A DNA stretch of 64,000 nucleotides from NCBI GenBank assembly GCA_977017575.1, contig CDRNVI010000144.1, positions 1 to 64,000 on the forward strand, written 5' to 3'. The translations under genes were made by a program, and so were the position numbers. Below the pieces are notes generated by a model, which was given only the letters and a program-made list of their open reading frames with translations, was not told the origin of the DNA and did not search any database. This stretch comes from Paramoeba atlantica. Lineage: Eukaryota; Protista; Discosea. This document shows, one piece after another, positions 26,301 through 38,370 of the stretch (position 1 is its first letter; every line of letters begins with the position of its first letter).

Positions 26301-27950
26301 CTTTGAGTCAGAGAAGAAAGAAGAAGTTTGGAATGAAGAAAAAATCCCAAAGGATCCAAAAAACCGAAATAATGGAAAAAAGTTTACAATTGGAATTGGG
26401 GGGGGAGGAGGAACAACCACTGTCGCACCAAGGTTTGGGTTTGCTGTTGAAAAAGAGGAGGAGGAAGAAGAAGAAGAAGAAAGAGAGAGAGAAGATGAGG
26501 AAGACAAGCCAGAGGAGGAGGAGGAAGTTTTTTGGGGGAAAAAAGAAGAAGAGATAAGTTTTGGAGAAAAGAGAATAATCTCTTTCATTGGAATTGTTGT
26601 TGAAAAGTCAAAACAACAACAATGTCTCAATTCTTGAGATGATGATGAAAAAGAGATATTTTCTCTATCTTGTAAGGAACCAGGAGGTGGTGGGGGAGGG
26701 GAATTCGAGAAGGAGGAGGAGAAGGGAGAAGAATGAGAAGAATGAGAAGAAGAGTTTGAACAATGTGACTGCTGCTGCTGCTGTTGAGGCAAATGAGAAG
26801 AACAAGAATAAGAAGAACAAGAAAAAAAAGAACGACTTAAGGCAGAGGAGGAGGAGGAGGGAGACTGTTGCTGCTGCTGCTGCTGATGTTGCTGAGCATT
26901 TGGATCCAAAGTATTCGAACGAGAAGAAATTTGTTGTTGTTGTTGTGGTCCAACAAAAATCTTTGAAGGAGAGGATGATACACTCTGATCAGAGAGAAGT
27001 GTGGTATCACAAAAAGAAAATTTTCTTAAAAAAGAAAATAAGTCAGCGAATTGTTGTGTTTTTTCACAGTGGTCTGACCACTCCTGATCAACAATAGGAG
27101 GATCATCAGCATCATCATCACTCCAAAAAGTATGTTTTCCACCGTAACTTCCCACTCGAATATGAGAGACATCACATAACTGTAAGGCTTTCACAATCAA
27201 TGAAATCGAAAAATTTTGTGTTTTCCGGATCACACACTTTCGAGGAGAAGATTTTGGAGGAGGAGAAGATTTTTTCGAGGAAAAAGAAGAAGAGGAGACA
27301 TCTTCACCATCTCCTTCTTCATCAAATCCAGGTTGAAGGTCGACTGAAAGGACTCCGTAAATATTCAAAAAGTGAACAAAAGCTGTCCGTTTTGGAAAAG
27401 ATTGTTCAGTATCAGGAAACCAAAGAAAAACTGGTTGAATAGAGAGGATATTCACGAAGGGATAACGAAATAAAAGAGGATCTTCAGGGAGAGAACACGA
27501 AAAAGAATCAGGTATTAAAAGAGTTGATGGCCCTCCAACAAATAAAGGAAGCTCAGAGACAGGCAGCCAAAAGGTGTAAAAATCTAAATCTACCAATCCA
27601 TCCACCCATATTGGCAGTTGAGGTAAATCCAGAATGGATTTACCATCACATTCACCATCACCATCACCATCACCATCACCATCACCATCACCATCACCAT
27701 CACCATCACCATCACCATTACCACCAAAAGACTGCTTTGAAGAAGGAAAGTATTCTTCTTCTTCTTTACTTTCTTCTTCTTCTTCCCCTTCCTCTTTTAC
27801 TTCTTCAATTGTCCCTTCTTCTTCTTCTTTTTCTCCAAAAAAAGAAGTTACACAGTGGTAGTGGTGTGACTCTTCTTCCTCTTCTTCAGACAAAGACCGA
27901 ATAGAATGATCATCACCATCACCATCACCATCACCATCGCCATCATCCAT
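23337..27950 (-). CDS. 1537-aa uninterrupted terminal exon of a very large uncharacterised protein; upstream exons extend to at least ~30870
   Basis: A long open frame with globular blocks (VKIYSPILHF, GGVRIEIRI, FFGRDTKPLSTDQQALYRDLINSFGY, CARKPNGGQTKAFFTKEEL) between S/Q/E low-complexity tracts. Upstream in-phase exon candidates lie at 28130-28560, 28780-28970, 29128-29510 and 29600-30870. Confidence 0.8.
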   Translation of the reverse strand: MDDGDGDGDGDGDDHSIRSLSEEEEEESHHYHCVTSFFGEKEEEEGTIEEVKEEGEEEEESKEEEEYFPSSKQSFGGNGDGDGDGDGDGDGDGDGDGDGECDGKSILDLPQLPIWVDGLVDLDFYTFWLPVSELPLFVGGPSTLLIPDSFSCSLPEDPLLFRYPFVNILSIQPVFLWFPDTEQSFPKRTAFVHFLNIYGVLSVDLQPGFDEEGDGEDVSSSSFSSKKSSPPPKSSPRKCVIRKTQNFSISLIVKALQLCDVSHIRVGSYGGKHTFWSDDDADDPPIVDQEWSDHCEKTQQFADLFSFLRKFSFCDTTLLSDQSVSSSPSKIFVGPQQQQQISSRSNTLDPNAQQHQQQQQQQSPSSSSSALSRSFFSCSSYSCSSHLPQQQQQQSHCSNSSSHSSHSSPFSSSFSNSPPPPPPGSLQDRENISFSSSSQELRHCCCFDFSTTIPMKEIILFSPKLISSSFFPQKTSSSSSGLSSSSSLSLSSSSSSSSSFSTANPNLGATVVVPPPPPIPIVNFFPLFRFFGSFGIFSSFQTSSFFSDSKKRIVRKRRRSEKKDNDNKYDEEEQEEEEEAPPLVGGGEGREGEGGEKGDVGSGTTEGFLFFKEILKEECPIGTLTFGSRTKPFLLLGEKWAMVKIYSPILHFLTNFSKIRWSEMPKTVGALRQREKSFQKLLFKFEKIVNGRRRGGEGGGGDGDGCLGGVRIEIRIFGVSFNESLSFIKRNQLLKLQSLFEALSLQPPSPSSSSSLQMIDFIRNHDQIFCIPQKIYIQHLRDLLFLSHWAPTQEFNFGGLFFGRDTKPLSTDQQALYRDLINSFGYCHKFLGGQLTRMKRSGKGFGSSSLPLWIGGEEEFVGFKKEFFEPFFSSQQLQQMKKKGDGGDDGCGDGCGDGCSDNGDLSKKDPPPSHHTVYSCVFCEETSSFGLCQRPPSQEHHDALLSLIEKSFLTSSSTSSCLPQQFSRFLSFFQKKKEFFLLFSDAHLISHFVLHLQQQQLNVEHLEEEKEGSFAKSNSQQLGSSQLGSSSCSSQRLGSSQRLGSSQGYPCSSDSSRSSSSSHSFSSSRSSSCSCSSSSSRSSSSSSHSSFSSHSSSCSSADYSSNSSDSSDSSFDSSCSLTSDCFSPSSQCSSFQHSSSPQSSSSSSSCFPPGSSDSSASLFQKELLLSVDIGPADLSPSLQLRIFEMTQVQKIVKYFIDHLNIFHHSKNFSKYCARKPNGGQTKAFFTKEELYYDLLWALISGESFFRRDDNEFPTWKNFVQYLLRSSCWDKDNSAKEEEEHWEGWNVLFEKAIWFCLPQTKRKEFEREKLQKKKKTTTKLRTKRVRQLLPQRQHQLQYPPRPPQPPQPPRPPRPPRPPLCTSQQNIIPSSSSSSYSSEQQSSSLLLPPLPTHHLSSMRIANQQPPSSSSSQPKRKKKQNPLKKKEEEEKDSPPPSFIYVEPHEPQQNFHFKKSQQQQQQTNTNLFPHHCLQKNKTTQRNPNHSPLSSSSLLLLVDDDEISSSKSDDDDDDDDDTTTENDDFDDFDDFEDFEDFE

Positions 27951-28668
27951 CTTTTTTGGTTCAAAAAAAATTACATCATCATTGTCACTAAAAATTTTAA
28001 AAAAAACAATAAATTAGAAAAAAAACAAAATGAAAAAAAGAAAAGAAAAGAAAAAAACAATACTTAATAATAAAAAAAAATAAAGAAAAACAACACTTAA
28101 TAAAAAAAATAGATATTTTAGTGTGAACCTGAAAGAAGAAAAAGAGAGTTGTGGAGATGAAACATTAAGTATATGATCTCTTTCTTCTGTTTTCTCCTCG
28201 TTATAACTACTCATCATGAAGAGTAGTGATTCTTCTGTAAAGAAAAAATAAGAAAAAATTTTCTTCATTGTGTTTTTGTTCATTGAACCTTCCTCCCAAC
28301 CCAAAACCCAAAGGAGAGAGAGAGAAGAGAGAGAGAGAGAGAGGGAGGTTGAAAGAAAGAAAATAAAATGAAACAGAGATGAGATACCTTTTGTTTTGAG
28401 GGATGATGGCAGTGCTGATGAAAAGGGTGGGATAAGAGATAACCTCCTCTTTTCCTCTTCTTTTGTGTCCTCTCCTCTCATCCTGAAAGATGGAAGTGGT
28501 GATGGTGATAAAACATTCTTCTTTTTCTTAAATGATGATGATTTACAAGAAGAAAAAAACTTCTTTTTATCTCCTCTAGAAAAATTAAGAAAAAAAAGGT
28601 ATCATGTTGTTAGAACAAAAATATCTTAACATCATTTTTTTTTGTGACTTTAATTACTTTTTCTATAT

Positions 28669-28701
<33 letters not shown>

Positions 28702-29954
28702 AAAACTGTTGATCAGAAAAAGAAGAATGAGAAGAAGAAGAATGAGAAGAAAAAGAATAATAATCTTCATTATCATTCCTTTTCAAAGGGTTTTGGGTTC
28801 TGCTTTTTTTGTCAGTCTTCTTCTTCTTCTTAGCCACCACCACCAGAGAGGGAGACTGAGAACCATGGGATTGAGAACCAAATTGTTGGGATAAAAATTG
28901 AGATGATGATCGAGACTTAGTTGGCTGAGATGTTGGCCACTTGAAAATTTCTTTCTCCTGAAACACTTCCCTAAACCCAAAATAACATTAGATGAAAATA
29001 GTTGAATTTAATAAAAAGAAACAAAAAAATTTTAATTTAAAAAAGAACAACAAAGAAAAAATAAAAAAGACCACATCAACACACAACACACAACACATAA
29101 TACACAATCAATCAATCAATCTATCAATCAATCAATCAAAAAAAAATTGAAAACAAACATTCCAGCAGACAATGGAGAAGGCTGCCCCTTTTCTTGCAGA
29201 GAACATTGCAGCAAAGAGGATTGGTGAGAAGGGAAAGGAAAAGGGGAAGGAGGAGAAGGGGAAGGGGAAGGCTGCTGATGAGATGGAGAAGGAGAAGGAG
29301 AAGGAGAAGGAGAAGGAGAAGGAGAAGGAGAAGGAGAAAGAGAAGGAGAAGGAGAAGGAGAAGGAGAAGGGGATGATGATAGAGAAGGGGGTGATGGAGA
29401 AGGAGAAGAAGAAGAAGGAGGAGGAGAATTAGAGATTTTTTTTCGGTGATTTATCTTCTTCTTTTTTGTTTTGAGAGATGGAGCAGGAGAAAGTTTCTTC
29501 TTCAGTTTTTCAACCCCTCCATCATCCACTAAATAAAATCAAAAAAAAAAAAGGAATTGATAAAACTATTTTTCAATAATAAAGAAAAAGAGAAAAATCA
29601 AAAAGTGAACCAGTAGAACAATAATATTGTGGTAGACCATTATCAGTCACAAAGAAGGATCCAGCTTCATCTCTATTCTCACCACAATTTTTCTGAATGT
29701 TCCTTTTTTTAGAATATCCATAAGGGGGAACCTTCCAAAATAGTATTCTTTGTTGATGATAAAAGAAGTTTTTTGAGTCTTCTGAAAGACTTTTTCTTCG
29801 ACGATGACAATGATATCGAGATGGTTCAGATGATTGGCAGTGGATTTGTTGTCTTTCTTGGGGGGGGGGGGGGGGGGGAGCATCCAAATCAGCAACAACA
29901 GGATCACCAGCAAGAGCAACAGCAGCAGCAGCAGGAACAGCAACAGGAGCAATA

Positions 29955-30810
29955 GCAGCAGCAGCAATATTGCTGTTGCTGGAAAGACTTCTCTTTCGAT
30001 GAGTGGCACCAAGAGCAGCAACAGGATCACCAACAGCAGCAGCAGTAGCAGCAATAGCAGCAGGAGCAGCAACAGGATCACCAGCAGCAACAGCAGCAGG
30101 AGCCGGAGCAGAAGCAGCAACATTGCTGTTGCCGGAAAGACTTCTCTTTCGATGAGTGGTGCCAGGAGCAGGAGCCGGAGCAGAAGCAGCAACATTGCTG
30201 TTGCTGGAAAGACTTCTCTTTCGATGAGTGGCACCAGGAGCAGGAGCCAGAGCAGAAGCAGCAACATTGCTGTTGCTGGAAAGACTTCTCTTTTGATGAG
30301 TGGCGCCAAGAGCAGCAACAGGAGCAGAAGCAGCAACATTGCTGTTGCCGGAAAGACCTCTCTTTCGATGAGTGGCACCAGGAGCAGCAGCAGGAGCAGA
30401 AGCAGCAACATTGCTGTTGCCAGAAAGACTTCTCTTTCGATGAGTGGTGCCAGGAGCAGCAACAGGAGCAGAAGCAGCAACATTGCTGTTGCCGGAAAGA
30501 CTTCTCTTTTGATGAGTGGTGCCAGGAGCAGAAGCCGGAGCAGAAGCAGCAACATTGCTGTTGCTGGAAAGACCTTTCTTTCGATGAGTGGCACCAGGAG
30601 CAGCAGCAGGAGCAGAAGCAGCAACATTGCTGTTGCTGGAAAGACTTCTCTTTTGATGAGTGGCACCAGGAGCAGCAACAGGAGCAGAAGCAGCAACATT
30701 GCTGTTGCCGGAAAGACCTCTCTTTCGATGAGTGGCACCAGGAGCAGCAACAGGAGCAGAAGCAGCAACATTGCTGTTGCTGGAAAGACTTCTCTTTTGA
30801 TGAGTGGCAC
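29955..30810. repeat. 72-bp coding minisatellite (10 regular copies plus 1 displaced copy)
   Basis: The motif cattgctgttg recurs exactly every 72 bp from 30121 to 30769. The likely coding frame (minus) gives GATHRKRSLSGNSNVAASAPVAAP and is continuous with ORF 29573-29887. Confidence 0.95.
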
Positions 30811-31619
30811 CAGAAGCAGCAACAGCAGCAGCAGCAGCAGCATTATTACAAGAAACACTTTTTTTTTTGCCTAAAGAAAGGGTTATCAGAAGAAAAAAAA
30901 AGGAAAAAGGGGGTAGTTAAGAGAGGAGAGAGAAAAGAAAGGGTTTAAAGTCAGATTTAAAAAAACCAACCTTGATAGTTCAACATATTCAGAACCAAAA
31001 AAAAACTGAAATAAGAGCGCAGGGGGAGAGTGGTACAAAAAATACTAAAACGAAAGGATAAAATCGTTTCTCTAAAGAAAGAGTAAAAAAAAAAAAAAAA
31101 AGAAAATGTTCTTTTCTTTTTCGCCCAACAAAAAATAAAAAAAAATAAGTTTTTTTGTTGTGCAAGTGAAAACTCAAGAATAAAAAAAATCACAATCCCA
31201 AGGGAATACAACAATTCAGACTATTTAAAAAAAAAACTATTTGAAAATTCATACCTCTTTTATTTTGTGACATAAAAAAGTTCTTTTTGAATTCAAAAAA
31301 GTTCACAGAAATTTCATTTGTAGAGTGAGCGAGTGAGTGTGACACCACATAAATCAAAAACTCTCTGAAAAAATCACTAAAACCAAAAATTAAAAAAAGA
31401 TCCTTTTCACTATCAAAATGAGTTAAAATAAATCAAACCAAAAAGGAATCATCCCTTCCAAAGCGTGTGGTGTGTGTTTTTGTGTTCTCTATTCTCTCTA
31501 TTCTCTTTGCTTCCTTATTTTTCCTTCCATCCTACATTCTTTTCATTTGGTTTCCTTTTCTTTTTTTTCATTATTTTTGATTCTTTGTAATAACATATTT
31601 TTGTTTCATTACGACAAGT

Positions 31620-31666
31620 ATGATGAAACAAGCGAAGATTGATTTTCAATCGAACCATCAACAACC

Positions 31667-31697
<31 letters not shown>

Positions 31698-34600
31698 CCA
31701 CAACAATCGCAACTCCAACTACAACCACAACAACAACAACAATCGCAACTACAGAATCCACAACAGGGGGATTCTGTTTCCCTCTCTCAACAAGATGCAG
31801 CAACATCAACAATCCGAACAATGACAGAAATAATTCAAGAACAAAATATTGAAAAAAAAGTCGAATACCTCAAAACATTTTGGACAATTCCATCAAGAGG
31901 ATCTGCAACACAAAACAAAGAAACCCTTCCAACACATCTCCAAGAACTTGAAAATGAATCCATGATTGAGATATTAGCAAGTCAATATTATGATGATCCG
32001 GTAATTATGGTTGATTATGGTTGTTGATTGTTATGGTTGTTGTGTGGTTGTATGTAATTGTGGTTGTTGTGGTTGTAGTTGTGGTTGTTGTTTGTTGTTT
32101 GGTTGTTGTTGTTTTTTGTTTGGGGAAGGGAAAAAAAGAGCACCAGAGGTTTGTTTGTTTGTTTTTTTGGCGAGGAAATCTTCTTTTCAGCAAAAAAAAA
32201 TTCGCGAATTTTTTTGTTTTTTGTTTTGTTTTTTGTTTATTTTTTGTTTTTTGTTTTTTGTTTTTTCTGTCAGCAGTTTGAGAAAAGAAAGAAGAAAATT
32301 TCTTCAGAAAGAATGAAATGAAGAGAATATTATTATAACTCTTTCAGTATTTTTTTTATTTATCTTTTTTTTCTTTTCAAAAACAAACACTTAGGAAGTG
32401 AATTCACGATGCATAAGCTCTGAAAAGGAACAAAATGCATTGAGACAATCACTTTCTCAAAGCGGATGGAATTTGGGTTTGCTTGGTCTTTTTTGTTTTG
32501 CTAAAAAAACGAATTGTGATGGAAACAAAGAAATTCGAGTGACAAATGAAAATCTTGTAATGTTTTTTGCAATTGATGGGCGACACCGTTGTCTCGTTTT
32601 GAAGGTATTTTTCTTTTTTTTTTCAATGTTCTTTCAAGAGTGCAAGAAAGGGGAGTGTTTCTTGTTGGGGGGGGTGTTGTTGTGATTTGGTTTTTTTTGT
32701 GTTGTGGGTTTTGGGTTTTGGGTTTGTGTTTATGGATATATTTTTATAGGAGTGGAATTCCATACTTTCAACAACATGCTTTTGTTTTGTTTTGTTTTGT
32801 GTGTTGTGTTGTAGAAGGATAAAATAATACAACACCAATAATGCACAACAACAACCTTTAAAAACCCCATTAATTACCCTATCCCCACCTGGTTATTGAC
32901 CCCCCTTTTTTTTCTCTAAATTCTCTGATTTATAGAATTTGAGTTTTACTCATAATGATGTTTTGGGTTCAGAAACAACACCCTTCTTTCCTCTTTCTGC
33001 TTCCTCCTCCTTATCATTTCTTACTTCTTCTTCTCTTTCTTCTTTTTCTTTTTCTCCTTCTTCTTCTTCTTCTTCTTCTTCTTCTTCTTCTTCTTCTTCT
33101 TCTTCTTCTTCTTCTTCATTGTACAAGAAGTTTCGAACCATTTGCCGAGGGAAATGGTGGTCTTTTACGAACTTTAATTCTGAACCACAACAAAAACTAT
33201 TTTTTCTTTTTGAAGGGATTGCTTCAACAAACCGAAATGTTTTTGTTCAATGGACATTATTGGATTTTGTTCGTGCAATTCGAAAAATTCGACAAAATTT
33301 TGAAAGGGCTGATTTTGAAGAAGAAGAAGAAGAAAAGGGAGGAGGAGATAGCAGAGGAGATGATAGCAATAAGGCTGGTGAGTTGAAAGACAGTGAGGAG
33401 AAGGCTGAGGAGAAGACTGAGGAGGAGAAGAAGACTGAGGAGGAGGAGGAGGAAGGAGGGAAGAGGAGAAAAACAAAGAAAAAAAAAAAGAAAAAAAAGA
33501 AAAAAAAGAAAATGACAGAAAATTTTTTAAAAAAACTTTTGCAGTTAGAACACACCTCATCAAAACAAACACTTCTTCGGATGGCTAATACAATTTTAAA
33601 TTCTGCCGGAATGGAGTCTCAAATGATTCGATATTTAGTTCAGAGTGATTTGATTGTTGAAGAGAAAGGAGAAGGAGAAGGAGAAAGAGGAGAAGGAAAA
33701 GGAAGACGAGATTCAAAGGTTTTTTATTTTTTATTAATTTTAAAATATTTAAAGAATATCCTTATTTTTTTAATTTAAACCCCTCCCATAAAAAAGCCAA
33801 CAACCCTCTTTTTTTCTTTTTTCTTTTTCTTTTCTTTCTTTATTGCAAATATTAATTTGAAGAAAAAACTCTTCTCTTCTCTCTCTTCTCTCTCTTCTCT
33901 TTTCTTCTTTCTTCTCTTATTTCTCTCTTTTCTCTTCCCTCTTTCTCTCATTTCTCTTTTTTCTCTCTTCTCTTCTCTTTTCTTCTCCCGGCGGGGTTCT
34001 CTTCTCCCGGGTTCTCTTCTCCCTGGTTCTCCTATCTATCTCTTCTTTCCTTTTCTTTTTTTTTTTAGAAAGTAGATTTTGTTTTAAATGTACTTGAATT
34101 TTGGAGAGTTCTTCATTCGAGCACATATAAAGATATTTTTTATCGTGGCTTTTTTATGTGTGGACCTGTACAACAACAACAACACACCACCACCACCACC
34201 ACCACCACCACCACCACCACAATGTCTCCTTTTGTGGGTGTTGGTTCTCCTATCTCGTCTTCAGAGCATCCATTGTCATCATTGCCATCGCTATCATCCT
34301 CCTGTTTCTTTGCTCAAAACGATCAAAAGAGAACTGAATTTCTTCAATTTTGTGCTTCCAATCTAAAGCGTGTGAGTTCAAAATCAAGTATTGGTTTATT
34401 TCATCAGAAATTTAAAGAAATTTTTATCCCAGAAGATGCTCAAAATTTCATTTTAACTGGCCCTCTTCCGATGAACATCATTAATCGAAACTGTCGAAAA
34501 GGTTTATCTTTTATTTTTTTTCTTCTTTTTTTTTCTCTCTAATTAGAAAAGAACCACACAAAACATACAACACACAACACAACACAACACAACACAACAC

Positions 34601-35116
34601 AACACAACACAACACAACACAACACAACACAACACAACACAACACAACACAACTACAAAAAAAAAACCTGTGGCTGCTCTGTTGTGCTTTATTCATTTTT
34701 TAAGAAATAATTTTATTAATTATTTTAAATAATTTTAATAGATACGAAACAACAACAACAACCTGCCAAAACTACTAATAGTATCATTGAGGGAGATGGT
34801 GGTGACAATGAGATTATTGTTATTTCTGATGATGAAGTTTTTTCATTGTCACCAGTAATAATAAGTTGTTTGAAGAGTGGTGATGATAAGGAAGAAGAAG
34901 AGAAGGAAAGGGAAAGAGAAAGTGTTTCGGATGATAGTAAAGAAGAAAAGAGAGATGATAAAGAAGAAAAAGAAACTGCTGAGGAAAAGAAAAAAGAAAG
35001 AGAGAAGAAAAAGGGAGAAAGAGAACAACATACTACTGCCACCACAACATCATTATTATCGTTTCTATACCAAAAAATAATCCACTTTTACCTTTTCAAT
35101 ATTTTATCACTACAAG

Positions 35117-35175
<59 letters not shown>

Positions 35176-36022
35176 AACTCTTTTTCTTCTTCTTCTTTGA
35201 ACTACCATTGTAACATTGTCACTTCTTTAAAAAAAAAGAAGCATTACAAAAAGTTCGATAAAATGATAAAAGAAATTTCTTTTCACGGTTTTAGTTATCT
35301 CTCAACCCAACCTGCCAGTCTTTCTTTGAAGCATTCTTCTTCTTCTTCTTCTTCTTCATTAGATGGAAATAAAAACCCCTCAATTACCATCGTATCATCG
35401 ATCGAAGACTTGCTTGCTGAGGTAACTACTATTTATCTATCTCTCTTCTCTCTCTCTTGGTTAAAAAATCATTTTTTTTATTTAAAATGATTGAAATTTT
35501 TTTTTAAAAAAAGGAAAAAAAGAAAAAACATATTGATATTATCTTTTTTAGTTCTTTTACCAATGATGGTGATGATAAAAGAGTTGCAACTGCTGGTTTT
35601 GAACTGGTTTTTTATTTTCTTATTTTCTCATTTTATTTATATTTATTTAAAAATTATTTATTTTTTATCTTTTCTTTTCTCTAAACCCAAATCATATTGG
35701 TCTTTCTAAAATCCCCTTTCTTCCACCCAACACCCTAACACCCTAAAACCCTAACCTCAGTTGTACGAACTTCAAAATTTTACCAACCTGCTTAACATTA
35801 TCAAAGAAATGAATAAGTTAATTGTTTTCTTTGTTCCATTGAGTCGCTTTGAATTCACTCTCGATCAATTAAACAAAAAACAAATTTTAATTGATTCTAT
35901 TTGGTTATTTTTTTATTTATTTTTCCCACCAAATCCAAACACACACACACATAATACAACAATACTCTCTTCTTCTGAACTCTCTTCTGAACACATGTGT
36001 CACCCTAAACCCTCTTTTCTTT

Positions 36023-36070
<48 letters not shown>

Positions 36071-37711
36071 TTTTATATGTAACTCTTCCTCTCCTTCTCC
36101 TCTCCCTCCTTCTCTCTTTTCTCTCTTTTCTCTCTTTCTCTCTCTTCTTTCTCTCTCTTTCTTTCTCTCTTTTCTTTCTCTCTTTCTTTTTCTCTTTCTT
36201 TCTCTCTTTCTCTCAGTTTCATTCATTTGAAGCAAAACAACACCCAAAAAAGCAAAGAAGAAAAATGTTGTAACAAAAATTACAATTCTTTACCAATTTG
36301 GGTTTTGATTTATTCCCGAGAACCAAACGTAAAAAAGACAACGAAAGATGTTCTGTTCCAATGTCGTTATCAGAATATTGTAAAAGATGGTAATTTTGCC
36401 CAGTGGCTGCAAGGAAGAGAAAAAGTAAGAATGTCGTTCGAGAATGTTGTTATTCAAATGAAAAGTTATTCGTTTCAACGTAGTGATGGTGGTCGTAAAA
36501 TGATTTCTTACTTTATTGAGTCTGCTGTTCTGTGCCATATTCATTATCTTTTGAATGAATGTTTTTGCCCTACATCTCGAAATTTACATGTATGGGACCT
36601 TTGTGGTCAAGTTTGCCCCCAAAAAGACTTATGGGGACATTTCCAGTGGAAGTCAATCTCAATATTGAGTTCTTCCCCTCAATCTCTTGCTGATTTTCTC
36701 GAAATTGATAAATTAGTGGACACTCCTCTTCACAAATGTGGTGGTGGTCAACAACAACAACAACAACAACAAACAAAAGAGTTCTTTTCCTCTCTTTTCG
36801 TGGAGAATGAAGCGAAAGTGAGTCGTTTGGATGACGATAGTGATGAATATGATGGTGATGAAGAAGAAACTGACATGCATTCTTTTATTAATGATTCTGA
36901 TGAGGAGGAGGGGGAAGAGGAAGAAGGAGAAGGAGAGAAAGGAGGAGGAGGAGAAAGAGAAGAAGATGAGAAGACAAGAGGAGAGAAGAAGACAGAAGAA
37001 GAGAGAGTTGAACAAGAAGAAGAAGAGAAGAGGATTGAGGGAAAAAAAGAGAAAAAGAAACAAAAGGAGGACCAACAGTTGGTTGAGAAAGAAAAAGAAA
37101 AAGAGAAAAGAGAAAAAGAGAAAAGAGAAGAAAAAGAGAAAAGAGAAAAGAGAAAAAGAAAAAGAGAAAAAGAAGAAAAAGAAAAAGAAAAAGAAGAAAA
37201 AGAACAAGAAAAAGAAAAAGAAAAAGAAGAAAAAGAAAAAGAAAAAGAAGAAGAAAAAGAAAAAAAAAAAGAAAAAGAAGAAGAAAAAGAAAAAGAAAAA
37301 GAAAAAGAAAAAGAAAAAGAAAAAGAAAAAGAAAAAGAAAAAGAAAAAGAAAAAGAAAAAGAAAAAGAAAAAGAAAAAGAAAAAAAAGAAACAGAAAAAG
37401 GAACCAGGGCCAAGAAGTCTTTTCGTCATGCAAAAAGGGGGAAGGGAATCCCTCACAAAACTTCTTCAATTTTTTCATCTTCTATTCAAACACTCTCTTC
37501 AGTTCCTTCTTCTTCGTCTTCTTCTTCTTCTTCTTTTTTGTCTCAACCACCTCTCTCTTCTCGAAAACGACTTGCTTCTACAAACCTCTCTCCTCAAAAC
37601 CAAGAAAAGAGAAAAAAGAAGATAAGAGAAGAAGAAGAAAAAAGAAAGAAAATGAGTGTGAGAAAGAAAAGTGGGAAAAAAAGGGAGGAAGTTCCTCGGA
37701 TTGATTCTTAG
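31620..37711 (+). CDS. Multi-exon gene: ParB/Srx-like N-terminal domain, degenerate beta-class DNA methyltransferase-like region, and a KE-rich tail
   Basis: Phase-compatible exons (31620-32000, 32395-32604, 32936-33718, ~34068-34501, ~34741-35421, 35761-~35902, ~36216-37711). Exon 2 has LRQSLSQSGW...AIDGRHR (32572-32589). FILTGPLP (34447-34470) sits at the motif-IV position, and LLNECFCPTSRNLHVWDLCG (to 36607) at the motif-I position. Confidence 0.55.
34568..34652. repeat. (CAACA)n microsatellite in an intron
   Basis: A direct run of caaca units. Confidence 0.95.
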
Positions 37712-38305
37712 AAAAGTTTTTGTTGGGAAGGGGGGGAGGGGTAGAAAGTTTAGTGTCTGGTGGTTTTTTTTTTTTTAACTTTGTTGTTTTTATCTCTTTC
37801 TCTCTTTAATTTTTTTGGTTGAAAAAAAAAATAAAAATTAAAAAAAATTAAAAAAAAAAAATAAAAATAAAAAAAAATTAAAAAATTAAAAAATCAAAGA
37901 TTTTTTCTTGTTTCTTGTTTCATCTTTTATTAAAGCCTTCTCCTCCTCCCTCCTTCCCTCCTCTCTCTATATGTTTAATTAGGGTTGTGCAAAAAATATA
38001 AGGTTGTTTGATGTCAACAACACTCGTTCAAAAACTTGATTGATTCCACACTAATTTAGATGGATCAAAAATCGAGTCATGGTATTGAGTTAAAAAACTG
38101 CCCGCCTCAACAACACACTAATATCACACTCCTTATGACTGCGTATTTTTGTGTGAAACACCCTGAACAGTCTGTCAATAAAATTAGAGATATAATCACC
38201 CTAATCGGATAAGAATAATTATTATGCCTTGCTCATCCTCATGCTATCCCAAATTAAGAAAATCAAAAAAGAACCTTTTTTGAGCCCTTTTATCCAGAAG
38301 AAATG

Positions 38306-38306
<1 letters not shown>

Positions 38307-38368
<62 letters not shown>
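38307..38368. repeat. (GATT)n microsatellite
   Basis: A direct run of gatt units. Confidence 0.95.

Positions 38369-38370
<2 letters not shown>

Noticed and set aside
29647-30874. ORF-track proteins 29647-30858 (poly-Leu) and 29834-30874 (Ser/Arg-rich) as real products
   Set aside because: They are alternative frames of the 72-bp minisatellite. The third minus frame has a splice acceptor at ~30870 and joins ORF 29573-29887.
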